NCBI GenBank assembly: GCA_041658405.1
Contig: JBBAAG010000001.1
Span: forward strand, 43,386-107,385
DNA length: 64,000 nucleotides
Reading direction: 5' to 3'
Source: Elusimicrobiota bacterium
GTDB lineage: Bacteria; Elusimicrobiota; UBA5214; JBBAAG01
A program made the translations under genes and the position numbers. The notes below the pieces were generated by a model, which ran no database searches, was not told where the DNA came from, and saw only the letters and a list, made by a program, of their open reading frames with translations. Shown piece by piece: positions 10,012-19,236 of the stretch. How positions within the stretch are numbered: position 1 is the stretch's first letter; each line of letters opens with the position of its first letter.

Positions 10012-10072
10012 ATAGACCTGCCTTTACAAAATGTTTTTCTAATACTACGAATATGCGTTGTTTAGACTTTTG

Positions 10073-10906
10073 TTAATCATTGTTCAATATCTTATCATAC
10101 TTCCTGCGGAGTTTTTCCAATATATCGCGGATCGCATAAGTGATAGCTCCTGGGTTTTGCCGCGGAATGTCGTGCCTACCGGAAAGCCATATCTGCTTGC
10201 TGGTTGGATATAGGCGCGAGAAATCTTTACGTTTATTATTTGTGAACCGAGCGAGCTCGGTGTTCCCCTTGTCTTCAACGCTAAGAATTATAATGGGTAT
10301 GTTGTTTGGTGTTGGTAAACTCAAGACTTCCGTTCCGGTATTTTTGAGTTCTGCAAACTCCGCTTTTGCCGCAGGAGAAAGCCAAAGGTTGAACAATAAC
10401 TGTACGAGTTTCGGTTGGTTTTCTATCGCACCAACGTTTTCAAACTGTGTGGGATGAGTCGGGTCAATGAGAATAAGCCCCGCGATTTCATCGGGATACT
10501 TCCTTGCGAAAAGCTGCATGTACAACCCGCCTACTGAATGGCCAGCCAAAATGTAAGGCGGGTACAATTCTTTATTCTGCAGAAACGCGCGGAGCTCGTC
10601 TACGATTGTTGCTCCGGTACGGGAGGTAGAATGTTTCGCACTTTTCCCGTACCCGGGACGGTTGTACGCGAATACTGTGTTGGTTTTCCCAATTTCGTTG
10701 ACGGTTTTATTAAAACTTTCCATTGTCGCACCCAGGCCGGTTTCAAACACTACGGTGGGAGTGGACCGGTGAATAAGCTTAAATTCTATTCTGGTAGTAG
10801 ATATACCGCCGTTTTGTTTGACAGTTTCAGAAGAAGCGTTGTTTATAAAAACAATAAAGATGTTCAATACTGAAAATAATATAATATTTTTTATTTTATA
10901 CAACAT
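10073..10906 (-). CDS. Secreted alpha/beta-hydrolase (lipase/esterase-like)
   Basis: It has an N-terminal signal peptide and a GHSVGG nucleophile elbow. Confidence 0.6.
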   Translation of the reverse strand: MLYKIKNIILFSVLNIFIVFINNASSETVKQNGGISTTRIEFKLIHRSTPTVVFETGLGATMESFNKTVNEIGKTNTVFAYNRPGYGKSAKHSTSRTGATIVDELRAFLQNKELYPPYILAGHSVGGLYMQLFARKYPDEIAGLILIDPTHPTQFENVGAIENQPKLVQLLFNLWLSPAAKAEFAELKNTGTEVLSLPTPNNIPIIILSVEDKGNTELARFTNNKRKDFSRLYPTSKQIWLSGRHDIPRQNPGAITYAIRDILEKLRRKYDKILNND

Positions 10907-10952
10907 GTTCGTTCATCCCATTGTATATATTATCATATTCCACGTGTTGCAT

Positions 10953-10981
10953 TGACTTTTGGCAACTTGTTGGTTATACTA
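10953..10981 (+). promoter_or_regulatory. Near-consensus sigma-70 promoter (TTGACT-N17-TATACT) for the 11035 gene
   Basis: TTGACT is at 10953-10958, followed by a 17-nt spacer and TATACT at 10976-10981, about 55 nt upstream of the ATG at 11035. Confidence 0.4.
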
Positions 10982-11034
10982 CTTATATCGACAAATGGCC
11001 GGGTTGAGGAAATTTTGGGGAAGGGACGATTACG

Positions 11035-11343
11035 ATGGCGATTGTTAACACTTTGAAAATGTATGAAATGTTGAGCGAAAAAGTTGATGAAAAAACTGCG
11101 CGGGCAGTGTCGGAAGCAATAGAATACGCGTTGGAAGAAAACGAAATGCACCAATTGAATGTATTAGCGACAAAACAAGATCTTAGAGGCCTCGAAGTTC
11201 GGTTTACTACCGAGATGGCTGAGCTGCGGGTTGAACTTAACGACAAAATCAGCGCATCAAAAACCGAGATGATACGCTGGATGTTCCTGTTTTGGATTGG
11301 TCAGGTCGCTGTGATGGCTGCGTTATTCGCGTATTTTAAGTAA
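11035..11343 (+). CDS. Small coiled-coil protein with C-terminal transmembrane anchor (DUF1640-like)
   Basis: It is 102 aa. It has a hydrophobic C-terminus MFLFWIGQVAVMAALFAYF and a predicted coiled coil. Confidence 0.4.
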   Translation: MAIVNTLKMYEMLSEKVDEKTARAVSEAIEYALEENEMHQLNVLATKQDLRGLEVRFTTEMAELRVELNDKISASKTEMIRWMFLFWIGQVAVMAALFAYFK

Positions 11344-11348
11344 ATAAG

Positions 11349-11939
11349 TTACTTAAACTGTTTGTCTACAACATTCCTAACTTCAATCAACCACTTTTTA
11401 CGTTGTTCCAATGTACTATCAACAATCGGGCTGAAGGTTGTACGGTAAAACGTTTTTGCACCGCACAAATCGGTAATACAGTTTTTCCAGGTTAACTGCA
11501 GCGGGTCGCAAAACACAGTGTGTTCCCTCTCGCCCGGCGTGTTTGAGGTGTTGAATATAACCGCAGCGCGGAGTTTGAGTAGTCCTTTTGGCAAGCCCGC
11601 GCCGTTATCTCCTTCAACAAACTCGTACGCTACTCCTGCACGGAGCACGCGGTCAATCCAGCCTTTAACAATTGCCGGGGGTTGGCCCCACCAGTTGGGG
11701 TGTACAACTACGAGGCCGTCTGCGTCAACGATTTCGGTGCAGTACTGTTGAATTTTTGGGTCAACTTTCCCGTGTTTTGGAATTTCGTCTAACGGGAGTA
11801 TGGGGTCGAACTTTTCCGTATATAGGTCGTGGAAAGTGACGGAGTGCCCGGCGGTGATTAATTGTTCTACCGCAGCAGTAGCAATCGCGTGGTTAAAACT
11901 TTCTTTCCCGGGATGGCCAAGGATAACGGTTATTTTCAT
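11349..11939 (-). CDS. Flavodoxin-like fold NAD(P)H dehydrogenase (quinone)/FMN reductase family
   Basis: MKITVILGHPGKESFNHA is the typical N-terminus of the NAD(P)H oxidoreductase family (flavodoxin_2). Confidence 0.65.
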   Translation of the reverse strand: MKITVILGHPGKESFNHAIATAAVEQLITAGHSVTFHDLYTEKFDPILPLDEIPKHGKVDPKIQQYCTEIVDADGLVVVHPNWWGQPPAIVKGWIDRVLRAGVAYEFVEGDNGAGLPKGLLKLRAAVIFNTSNTPGEREHTVFCDPLQLTWKNCITDLCGAKTFYRTTFSPIVDSTLEQRKKWLIEVRNVVDKQFK

Positions 11940-11941
11940 TA

Positions 11942-12520
11942 CTATATTTGTTTTCCAATTTCAAACGCAGCGAGGTTGGCGGCATCAGTACTTTTTGGAA
12001 CCAACGCGGTGATCGCTGACTTCCACGCATCGGAGGTAATACCTTCGAGCATTTCGGCGATTACGCCCAGGATCGCGACGTTAAGATATTTTTGGTTACC
12101 AATTTTTTGTGTCAACTCTTTTGGATCAACTGCCACGACTTTGGCGAACCGTGCGCGTAGTTCCGCGTCAATACCTTCAGGATACTTCTCAATGTTTGCC
12201 GGTAAGACACGGTATTTGACATACACCACCGCAGTTTTTGGTGAAACATACTCAAGCCACCGGAGCGATTCCATTTCTTCCAACGCGACGAGGATATCCG
12301 CCTGTCCTTCGGGGATCACGGGAGAATATACTTTGTTACCGTACCGTACATGTGAGAATACCGACCCGCCGCGTTGCGACATCCCGTGGATTTCGCTTTT
12401 CTTTGCGTCAAACCCGGAGTACATCGCGGCTAACGATATAATATCGCTTCCAAGGATAATCCCTTGCCCGCCAACTCCGGAGAACAGGATATTCGTTACC
12501 TTAATATTTGTGGTTGTCAT
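11942..12520 (-). CDS. iorB: Indolepyruvate:ferredoxin oxidoreductase beta subunit
   Basis: LFSGVGGQGIILGSDII is the pyruvate/ketoisovalerate-oxidoreductase gamma-type motif. Size is typical (192 aa). There is a 4-bp overlap with iorA. Confidence 0.8.
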   Translation of the reverse strand: MTTTNIKVTNILFSGVGGQGIILGSDIISLAAMYSGFDAKKSEIHGMSQRGGSVFSHVRYGNKVYSPVIPEGQADILVALEEMESLRWLEYVSPKTAVVYVKYRVLPANIEKYPEGIDAELRARFAKVVAVDPKELTQKIGNQKYLNVAILGVIAEMLEGITSDAWKSAITALVPKSTDAANLAAFEIGKQI

Positions 12521-14130
12521 ATAGTTTTTCCCGCATCTTTAATGTCTTTATGTTTTGCATGTTTGCGTTTGAGTATCATACACGGATCTTTGACGACAAG
12601 TAACGCCAGTTTTTTCGTTGCGAGCAATGACTGTATTACAGATTTCAGGGTTTTCATGTCATACGCACCAACAATTTTGACGTTACCTTCCCCGATCCCA
12701 ACCGCTTTTCCTAACGCGTGATAGTCAATGGCAACAGTTTCTGTTCCGTCGATCCGCGTCCCTGATAACGGGTTAGGTTGCAGCCCGGTCATCGCAGTAG
12801 TACCGTTGTCCAACACGATGATCAGCAAATGGCGTTTATTATACGCTGCATTCACAAGACCTGTAATTCCGCTATGCGCAAATGTTGAGTCACCCAGGAC
12901 TGCAACAACGCCGGATTCTTTATCCCGCGATTCTACGATTTCAATTCCTTGCGCCACTCCGATACTCGCGCCCATCTCAATGCAAGTGTCCATCGCGTTG
13001 AACGGGGGAAGCACGCCGAGGGTGTAACACCCAATATCGCCTGACACTGTTAACCCCAGTTCGTGTAATACCGTGAACACGCTGCGATGCGGGCATCCCG
13101 GGCATAACTGCGGCGGCCGCGGGGGGATGTTGATTGACACTTGCAGTTTCGCCGGCATTTTCTCGCCGGTAACGCATTGTTTTACCAACGCCGGGCTGTA
13201 CTCGCCAAGTATGGGGAACATGTCTTTTCCAACAACGTTTGTGATACCCCACGCCCGGATTTGCTGTTCAACCACCGGGTCGAGTTCTTCGACGATAAAG
13301 ACTTTTTCCATCTTCGTGCAGAACGCGGTGATAAGTTTTCTTGGTAACGGGTTTACCATCCCGAGTTTGAGGATGGAAACTGTTGGTGGTAAAGAGTCTT
13401 TGACGTATTGGTAACAAATCCCGGAAGTTATGATCCCGATTTTGTTATTGTTAATTTCCTCATGATTAAGTTTACACGTTTCAGCATATTCTGCCAGTGC
13501 GGTTAACCGTTTTTCTACAAGTACATGCCGTGCCCGCGCATATACAGGAATCATCACGTACTTCTTCGGGTTTTTCACAAACCCTGATGGTTTAACCGGT
13601 GTCAACGGGTTGGACAGTGTCGCGACACTTCGCCCGTGTGACAACCGCGTGATACCACGGACTAGTACCGGCGTGTCAAACATTTCGCTTAACTCAAACG
13701 CTTTAAGGATAAATTCTTTCGCTTCCTGTGAATCAGAAGGTTCAAGCATCGGCACTTTCGCAGCAACCGCGTAATGCCGGCTATCCTGCTCGTTTTGCGA
13801 CGAGTGCATGTCAGGATCGTCCGCAACAATGATAACAAGCCCGGCGTTGACGCCGATATAAGCTGAAGTAAACAACGGGTCCGCTGCGACATTAAGCCCG
13901 ACATGCTTCATCGTAACGATGGTCCGTGCGCCGGCTAATGCTGCTCCAATACCTACTTCCATCGCTGTTTTCTCGTTTATAGACCATTCGGTATAAACCC
14001 CGGGGTAGGATTTGAAGTTTTCTAGGATTTCCGTTGATGGTGTACCGGGATAACCAACACCTACTGTCGCACCGGCTTCATACGCGCCCCGCGCAAACGC
14101 TTCATTACCTGACAACAACACTTTTTCCAT
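12517..14130 (-). CDS. iorA: Indolepyruvate:ferredoxin oxidoreductase alpha subunit (TPP-binding)
   Basis: The N-terminus LLSGNEAFARGAYEAGATVGVGYPGTPSTEI is the IorA signature. CPGCPHRS lies in the TPP domain. The gene is coupled to iorB. Confidence 0.8.
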   Translation of the reverse strand: MEKVLLSGNEAFARGAYEAGATVGVGYPGTPSTEILENFKSYPGVYTEWSINEKTAMEVGIGAALAGARTIVTMKHVGLNVAADPLFTSAYIGVNAGLVIIVADDPDMHSSQNEQDSRHYAVAAKVPMLEPSDSQEAKEFILKAFELSEMFDTPVLVRGITRLSHGRSVATLSNPLTPVKPSGFVKNPKKYVMIPVYARARHVLVEKRLTALAEYAETCKLNHEEINNNKIGIITSGICYQYVKDSLPPTVSILKLGMVNPLPRKLITAFCTKMEKVFIVEELDPVVEQQIRAWGITNVVGKDMFPILGEYSPALVKQCVTGEKMPAKLQVSINIPPRPPQLCPGCPHRSVFTVLHELGLTVSGDIGCYTLGVLPPFNAMDTCIEMGASIGVAQGIEIVESRDKESGVVAVLGDSTFAHSGITGLVNAAYNKRHLLIIVLDNGTTAMTGLQPNPLSGTRIDGTETVAIDYHALGKAVGIGEGNVKIVGAYDMKTLKSVIQSLLATKKLALLVVKDPCMILKRKHAKHKDIKDAGKTI

Positions 14131-14135
14131 ATGTA

Positions 14136-14564
14136 TTAAAAACTTTCCAGTTCGTTTTCCGGCAACAGTTTTATCCCGGCGGCTGCTAATACAGTCTCGG
14201 CTTCGGGATACTTCTCAACTTCCATAATAATTGCCGCCTGTTTCTTGTCTTCCAACACAAACCCGTAACAATCCTCGAGGTTAATATTGTTTTTCGACAT
14301 CGCGGATAAGAGGTTGAACATCCCGCCGGGTTGGTCGTCGATTACTGCAATAATAATTTTTCGTTTTGATACCGCAATACTGTTTTGTTTAAGCCTGTCA
14401 TACGCGAGATCGGGATTGTTAACCAACAGTTTTAGCACACCGTACTCGCCCGTACTTGCGAGAGTAATCGCACGGAGGTTGATACCGTTATCCGCAAGAA
14501 CTTTAGTTATTTTTTCAATTTTTCCAGGTTTATTCTCTACGAAGATCGATAAGTGATACGCCAT
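14136..14564 (-). CDS. Tandem ACT-domain regulatory protein (paralog of 6929..7360)
   Basis: It is 142 aa. IFVENKPGKIEKITKVLADNGINLRAITLA parallels the other ACT protein. It lies between the second PaaK-like gene and iorA. Confidence 0.65.
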   Translation of the reverse strand: MAYHLSIFVENKPGKIEKITKVLADNGINLRAITLASTGEYGVLKLLVNNPDLAYDRLKQNSIAVSKRKIIIAVIDDQPGGMFNLLSAMSKNNINLEDCYGFVLEDKKQAAIIMEVEKYPEAETVLAAAGIKLLPENELESF

Positions 14565-14595
14565 AAATGTTTTATTTTACCTCCGATAAATTATT

Positions 14596-15894
14596 TTATA
14601 CACTTTTTTTTCTGAAATCATATACCCGCTGGGCTTTACCTTCCGCTGCGGGTAAACTATTAGGTTCAACCAGCTGGACAATAGGGTTCAACCCGAGCTC
14701 GGACCTAAGTTCTTCCGTCACTTTACGCTGGATTTGTTCAAGTTCTGTCAACGTTCCGCGGAAAATGTTTTCGTTGATCTCAATTTTGATGATAAGTTTA
14801 TCCATAAAACTTTCTTTTGTTAACTCAATAATATAATTATTGCCCACACCGGGTATACGCAGGATTGTGCGTTCAATCTGTATCGGGAAAATGTTTACCC
14901 CGTTGATGATAAGCATATCGTCACTACGCCCGGTAATCCTTGCGATCCTGCGGTGTGTCCGCCCGCAGGAACAGCGGGTAGATATTATATGTGTGAGATC
15001 GCGTGTGCGGTAGCGTATCAGCGGCATTGCCTGGCGCTGAAGCGTGGTTAATACAAGCTCGCCTTCTTCCCCGTCGGGAAGGACTTCGCAGGTATCCGGG
15101 TTAATGATTTCCGGATAAAAATGGTCTTCCCATAGATGCATACCATTTTGATGCGAGCATTCAAATGCAATCCCGGGCCCGCACATTTCGCTTAACCCGT
15201 AGGAGTTATAACATTTTATTTCATAAAGATTCTCAATTTGTTTCCTCATTTCCTCGCTATGCGGTTCTGCGCCGATGAAGGCAATACGTAGTTTAACGTC
15301 TTTCTTTGGGTCGAGGTTGAGTTCTTTAAATACATCAGTTAGCCGTAATGCGTAGGAGGGAAGAATATGCATAACTGTAGTCCCGAACTTTTGCATAAAC
15401 CATATTTGGCGTTTACTATTCCCCGGCCCGATCGGGATTGTAAGCATCCCAATCTTTTCCGCACCGTAATGGAACCCAAGCCCGCCAGTGAATAAACCGT
15501 AACCCATAGTGTTCTGGAACACGTCGGTATCACGTACCCCGGACATGTACATACATCTGGCGATCAGTGTAGCCCAGTTATCTATATCTTTCCGTGTGTG
15601 ATACACGACAGTAGGATTGCCGGTAGTACCTGACGAGGAATGTAACCGAATAACAGATTGAATATTTACCGCAAGCATACCGTAAGGAAAACTGTTCCGC
15701 AGGTCGTCTTTCACGGTGAATGGCAGGGATTGTATTGTTTTAACTGTTTTTATTCCATCTGCCGGGAAGGTTTTGAGTTTATCACGGTAAAACTCTGACT
15801 TCTTTGCGTGTTTTACAGTTTTGTTGAGTAACTGTATCTGTAACGCCTCAAGTTTTTTGCGCGGTATTGTTTCATATTCCTGCTGCCAGTACAT
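14596..15894 (-). CDS. Phenylacetate-CoA ligase family paralog
   Basis: It is 432 aa and collinear with the 7398..8702 protein. Shared motifs include SSGTTG and [17 protein letters not shown]. Confidence 0.8.
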   Translation of the reverse strand: MYWQQEYETIPRKKLEALQIQLLNKTVKHAKKSEFYRDKLKTFPADGIKTVKTIQSLPFTVKDDLRNSFPYGMLAVNIQSVIRLHSSSGTTGNPTVVYHTRKDIDNWATLIARCMYMSGVRDTDVFQNTMGYGLFTGGLGFHYGAEKIGMLTIPIGPGNSKRQIWFMQKFGTTVMHILPSYALRLTDVFKELNLDPKKDVKLRIAFIGAEPHSEEMRKQIENLYEIKCYNSYGLSEMCGPGIAFECSHQNGMHLWEDHFYPEIINPDTCEVLPDGEEGELVLTTLQRQAMPLIRYRTRDLTHIISTRCSCGRTHRRIARITGRSDDMLIINGVNIFPIQIERTILRIPGVGNNYIIELTKESFMDKLIIKIEINENIFRGTLTELEQIQRKVTEELRSELGLNPIVQLVEPNSLPAAEGKAQRVYDFRKKSV

Positions 15895-16006
15895 TTTAAC
15901 AACCCTTCCTTTTGGTTAATAACTTAATATTTTATAAAATATGCGGGTTATTAACAACTTATGCTTTCTTGACAAAAAGCGTACAAAAAGTAGTAAAATT
16001 ATTATT

Positions 16007-16504
16007 ATGAAACGTATTAATCAGCTGTCTGTCTGTACAGTAAAACAAATGTGTACATTATTTCTAACAATAATAATATTGCTGGGTTATACCGGTCTAT
16101 TACCCGCAGTAGAACAAAAACCCGGAATTAAAAAGGTTAAACCCGCTGCAGTAAAAATATCTACATCAACCGTAAAACAGGAAGAACCAAAATATTTTGT
16201 ACGTAAAAGCACAAACACGGATTATTCTCTTACAATGCTTGAACTTGGCTCAACAAATTGTATCCCATGCAAAATGATGGAAAAAGTGTTGTACACACTT
16301 GACGCAAAGTATGGCCGGCAGGTTAATTTTGTCTTTATTGATGTACGTTCAGCAGAAGGTACGCCCTATGCGCATAAGTATAACATTCTCGGTATTCCTA
16401 CCCAGGTATTTCTTGATAAAGACGGGAATGAAGTATTCCGCCACGTAGGATACTTCCCCGCGGACGAAGTTGTGAAAACATTTAAACGGTACGGGGTTAA
16501 GTAA
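16007..16504 (+). CDS. Membrane-anchored/secreted thioredoxin-like protein (CxxC)
   Basis: It has an N-terminal hydrophobic segment and an NCIPCK redox motif. The track ORF 15941 is probably over-extended; the ATG at 16007 gives MKRINQ... Confidence 0.55.
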   Translation: MKRINQLSVCTVKQMCTLFLTIIILLGYTGLLPAVEQKPGIKKVKPAAVKISTSTVKQEEPKYFVRKSTNTDYSLTMLELGSTNCIPCKMMEKVLYTLDAKYGRQVNFVFIDVRSAEGTPYAHKYNILGIPTQVFLDKDGNEVFRHVGYFPADEVVKTFKRYGVK

Positions 16505-16513
16505 GCCGCTACT

Positions 16514-16996
16514 ATGACTACCAACATCCAGTCGCTGTTAGAAGTAATGAATAAAATGAAGGAAGCCGAGATGAAAGTCGGCGAACTGTACCTTCTCTGC
16601 GCCAATAAATGGAAGGAAGATAAACATTTTTGGATTGACATCGCGGGAACAGAGGCTAAGCATGCCGAATACCTTCAGCAGATGATGGATATGATAATAA
16701 CGAATCCCAACAAATTTAGCTACAACCGTCCGTTTAACATTACCGCAGTTGAAACTATGATTAAATTCGTGAAGAAAAACATTGAACGGTTGAACAAGGA
16801 TGAGATTACTAAAGACAATATGCTTTTTATTGCCCGCGATTTTGAAAACTCGGTAATTGAACAAAAATATGTTGAGATTATTGATACGCTAGACCTAAAA
16901 TACAAAGAGTTGATGAACCGTATCGTGGAGGAAACATTTGAACACAGGAAAATGTTGATAGACCGTATAAACATTTCCTGTAAAAGAGGATGCTGA
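16514..16996 (+). CDS. Four-helix-bundle ferritin-like (half di-iron motif E...ExxH) protein, paralog A
   Basis: It is 160 aa. The glutamate in VGELYL and the motif EAKHA are spaced about 27 aa apart. It forms a tandem pair with 16997..17461. Confidence 0.4.
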   Translation: MTTNIQSLLEVMNKMKEAEMKVGELYLLCANKWKEDKHFWIDIAGTEAKHAEYLQQMMDMIITNPNKFSYNRPFNITAVETMIKFVKKNIERLNKDEITKDNMLFIARDFENSVIEQKYVEIIDTLDLKYKELMNRIVEETFEHRKMLIDRINISCKRGC

Positions 16997-17461
16997 ATGG
17001 AAAACTTAAACGCGTTACGTGAGATGATGAAAAAAATGGCGGAAGCTGAAGTAAAAATCGGCGAGCTATACCTTCATTGTGCGAGAGTGTGGAAGGAAGA
17101 TAAGGAATTCTGGATTTCAATCGCGGGTGAAGAAGCTAAACATGCAGCAAATTTAGAAAAAATGTTTCAAATGATAGAACATGAACCGAATAAATATAAA
17201 CTTAAGCATGAATTTAAGATTGAATCGGTTGACTTAATAATAAAAGGGATCAGTAATACAATGGAAAACCTTAAATCCGGTAAAATGATTAGGCATTCTA
17301 TGTACTTCGTTGCACGGAATATTGAAAGTTCGTTACTTGAAAAGAATTATGTGGAAATTATCGAAACTGAAGTTCCGGAATATAACGTAATGATTAACGA
17401 TATTATTAAGCAAACGGTTGATCACCGCAAGATGCTCATAGCAAAAATTGAAAAAGGGTAA
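16997..17461 (+). CDS. Four-helix-bundle ferritin-like protein, paralog B
   Basis: It is 154 aa. The motifs IGELYL and EAKHA are positionally equivalent to paralog A. Its start abuts the stop of paralog A (TGA/ATG). Confidence 0.4.
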   Translation: MENLNALREMMKKMAEAEVKIGELYLHCARVWKEDKEFWISIAGEEAKHAANLEKMFQMIEHEPNKYKLKHEFKIESVDLIIKGISNTMENLKSGKMIRHSMYFVARNIESSLLEKNYVEIIETEVPEYNVMINDIIKQTVDHRKMLIAKIEKG

Positions 17462-17472
17462 CCGTACAAACC

Positions 17473-19200
17473 TTACGCCAGATGCGTCATAATTTCATCT
17501 AATGCCGCACCGGCAGGTACCATCGGGAACACGTTTTCTTCTTTCTCCACCCAGCAATCAATAATTACAGGTTTATCTTTTACTGCTAACGCTTTCTTCA
17601 ATGCTTTTACTACGTCTTCTTTTTTATCTACACGGATACCCACTGCACCATACGCTTCCGCGAGTTTAACAAAATCAGGGACCAGCGCAGGACAGCCGTG
17701 ATTCGGCCCGTCGCATTTGGGGGAACAACTGTCCGTTTTGTGTAAACACACAGCGGAGTAGCGTTTCCCGTAGAATAACTGTTGCCACTGGCGTACCATC
17801 CCGAGATATGTGTTGTTTAGTATTACAACTATAACATTTGTTTTGTTTAATACCGCAGTTGCGAGTTCCTGGATGTTCATCTGAATACTTCCATCCCCTG
17901 CGATATCAATCACGGTTTTGTCAGGTAACGCAAACTTCGCGCCGATCGCTGCGGGAAAACCATAGCCCATAGTCCCTAACCCGCCGGAGGAAATAAATAA
18001 TCTCGGTTTCTTCGCCTGATAAAACTGCGCGGCCCACATTTGGTTCTGCCCGACTTCGGTTGTAACAACAGCTTCGCCGTTGGTAAGTTTTGATATTTGT
18101 TCCACAACATACTGCGGGCGCAGTTTATTGTCTTGTGTATAAGTCAATGGCTGTTCTTTTTTCCATTTATTAATTTGTTTTAACCATTCCACATGCTTTG
18201 TCTTAGCTACGATTTTGTTGAGTTCACTGAGTACAACTTTGCAGTCGCCTACCACAGGGATATCGGTCTTAACATTTTTTGAGATTGATGTAGGATCAAT
18301 GTCAATATGCACAATCTTAGCTTTTTGCGCGAACGCTGTGAGTTTACCCGTACACCGGTCGTCAAATCTTGACCCTACTGCAATTATGAGGTCTGAGTTT
18401 TGCATTGCGTGGTTTGCCCAGTACATCCCATGCATACCAAGCATGCCAAGGGATAGTTCGTGATCCGGAGGGAACGCGCCGATTGCCATCAGTGTTGAGG
18501 TAACCAGGATCTCGCATTTTTCCGCGAGTTCCAATAGTTCAGCGCTTGCATTCGATGCGATGACACCGCCGCCTATATAAAGCACCGGCTGTTTTGATGA
18601 TGCAATCGCATCAGCAACACGTTTTATCTGCACAGGATGGCCTGTATAGTTTGGTTTATACGACCGGAGTTCAACTTTTTCCGGGTATACAAACTTAGTT
18701 TTCTGCCGGGAAACGTCTACTGGTATATCAATCAGCACAGGGCCCGGGCGGCCGGTTTTTGCGATATAGAATGCTTCACGTATAACTCTTGCGAGGTCCG
18801 CTACGTCCTTCACCAGATAATTATGTTTTGTAACAGGCCGTGTTATACCCGTGGTATCAGCTTCCTGGAACGCGTCATTACCAATAAGATTCGTCGCAAC
18901 CTGGCCTGTAATTGCTACCATCGGGATGGAATCCATATACGCCGTAGCAAGCCCGGTTGTAAGATTTGTAGCTCCCGGGCCGGAAGTTGCAATGCAAACA
19001 CCTACTTTTCCTGTTGAACGCGCATAACCGTCCGCCATATGCGCTGCGCCTTGTTCATGACGGGTAAGGATGAGTTTTATTTTGGAACCATAAAGCGCGT
19101 CAAATATCGGAAGTAATACTCCGCCGGGGATACCAAACATTATATCCACGCCTTCTTTTGTTAAGCATTCAACTAAAATCTCTGAGCCAGTTTTTTCCAT
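17473..19200 (-). CDS. ilvB: Acetolactate synthase large subunit (TPP enzyme)
   Basis: The N-terminus GSEILVECLTKEGVDIMFGIPGG and the C-terminal TPP-binding GDGSIQMNIQEL motif match. Confidence 0.85.
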   Translation of the reverse strand: MEKTGSEILVECLTKEGVDIMFGIPGGVLLPIFDALYGSKIKLILTRHEQGAAHMADGYARSTGKVGVCIATSGPGATNLTTGLATAYMDSIPMVAITGQVATNLIGNDAFQEADTTGITRPVTKHNYLVKDVADLARVIREAFYIAKTGRPGPVLIDIPVDVSRQKTKFVYPEKVELRSYKPNYTGHPVQIKRVADAIASSKQPVLYIGGGVIASNASAELLELAEKCEILVTSTLMAIGAFPPDHELSLGMLGMHGMYWANHAMQNSDLIIAVGSRFDDRCTGKLTAFAQKAKIVHIDIDPTSISKNVKTDIPVVGDCKVVLSELNKIVAKTKHVEWLKQINKWKKEQPLTYTQDNKLRPQYVVEQISKLTNGEAVVTTEVGQNQMWAAQFYQAKKPRLFISSGGLGTMGYGFPAAIGAKFALPDKTVIDIAGDGSIQMNIQELATAVLNKTNVIVVILNNTYLGMVRQWQQLFYGKRYSAVCLHKTDSCSPKCDGPNHGCPALVPDFVKLAEAYGAVGIRVDKKEDVVKALKKALAVKDKPVIIDCWVEKEENVFPMVPAGAALDEIMTHLA

Positions 19201-19236
19201 AAAAATAAATTCTTTCCCTGCCTTATTCCATAATTC

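Noticed and set aside
11340-11360. AT-rich inverted repeat taagtaa/ttactta between convergent genes at 11343/11349
   Set aside because: The stem is short and entirely A/T with no flanking T-tract. It overlaps both stop codons, so it is too weak to call a terminator.
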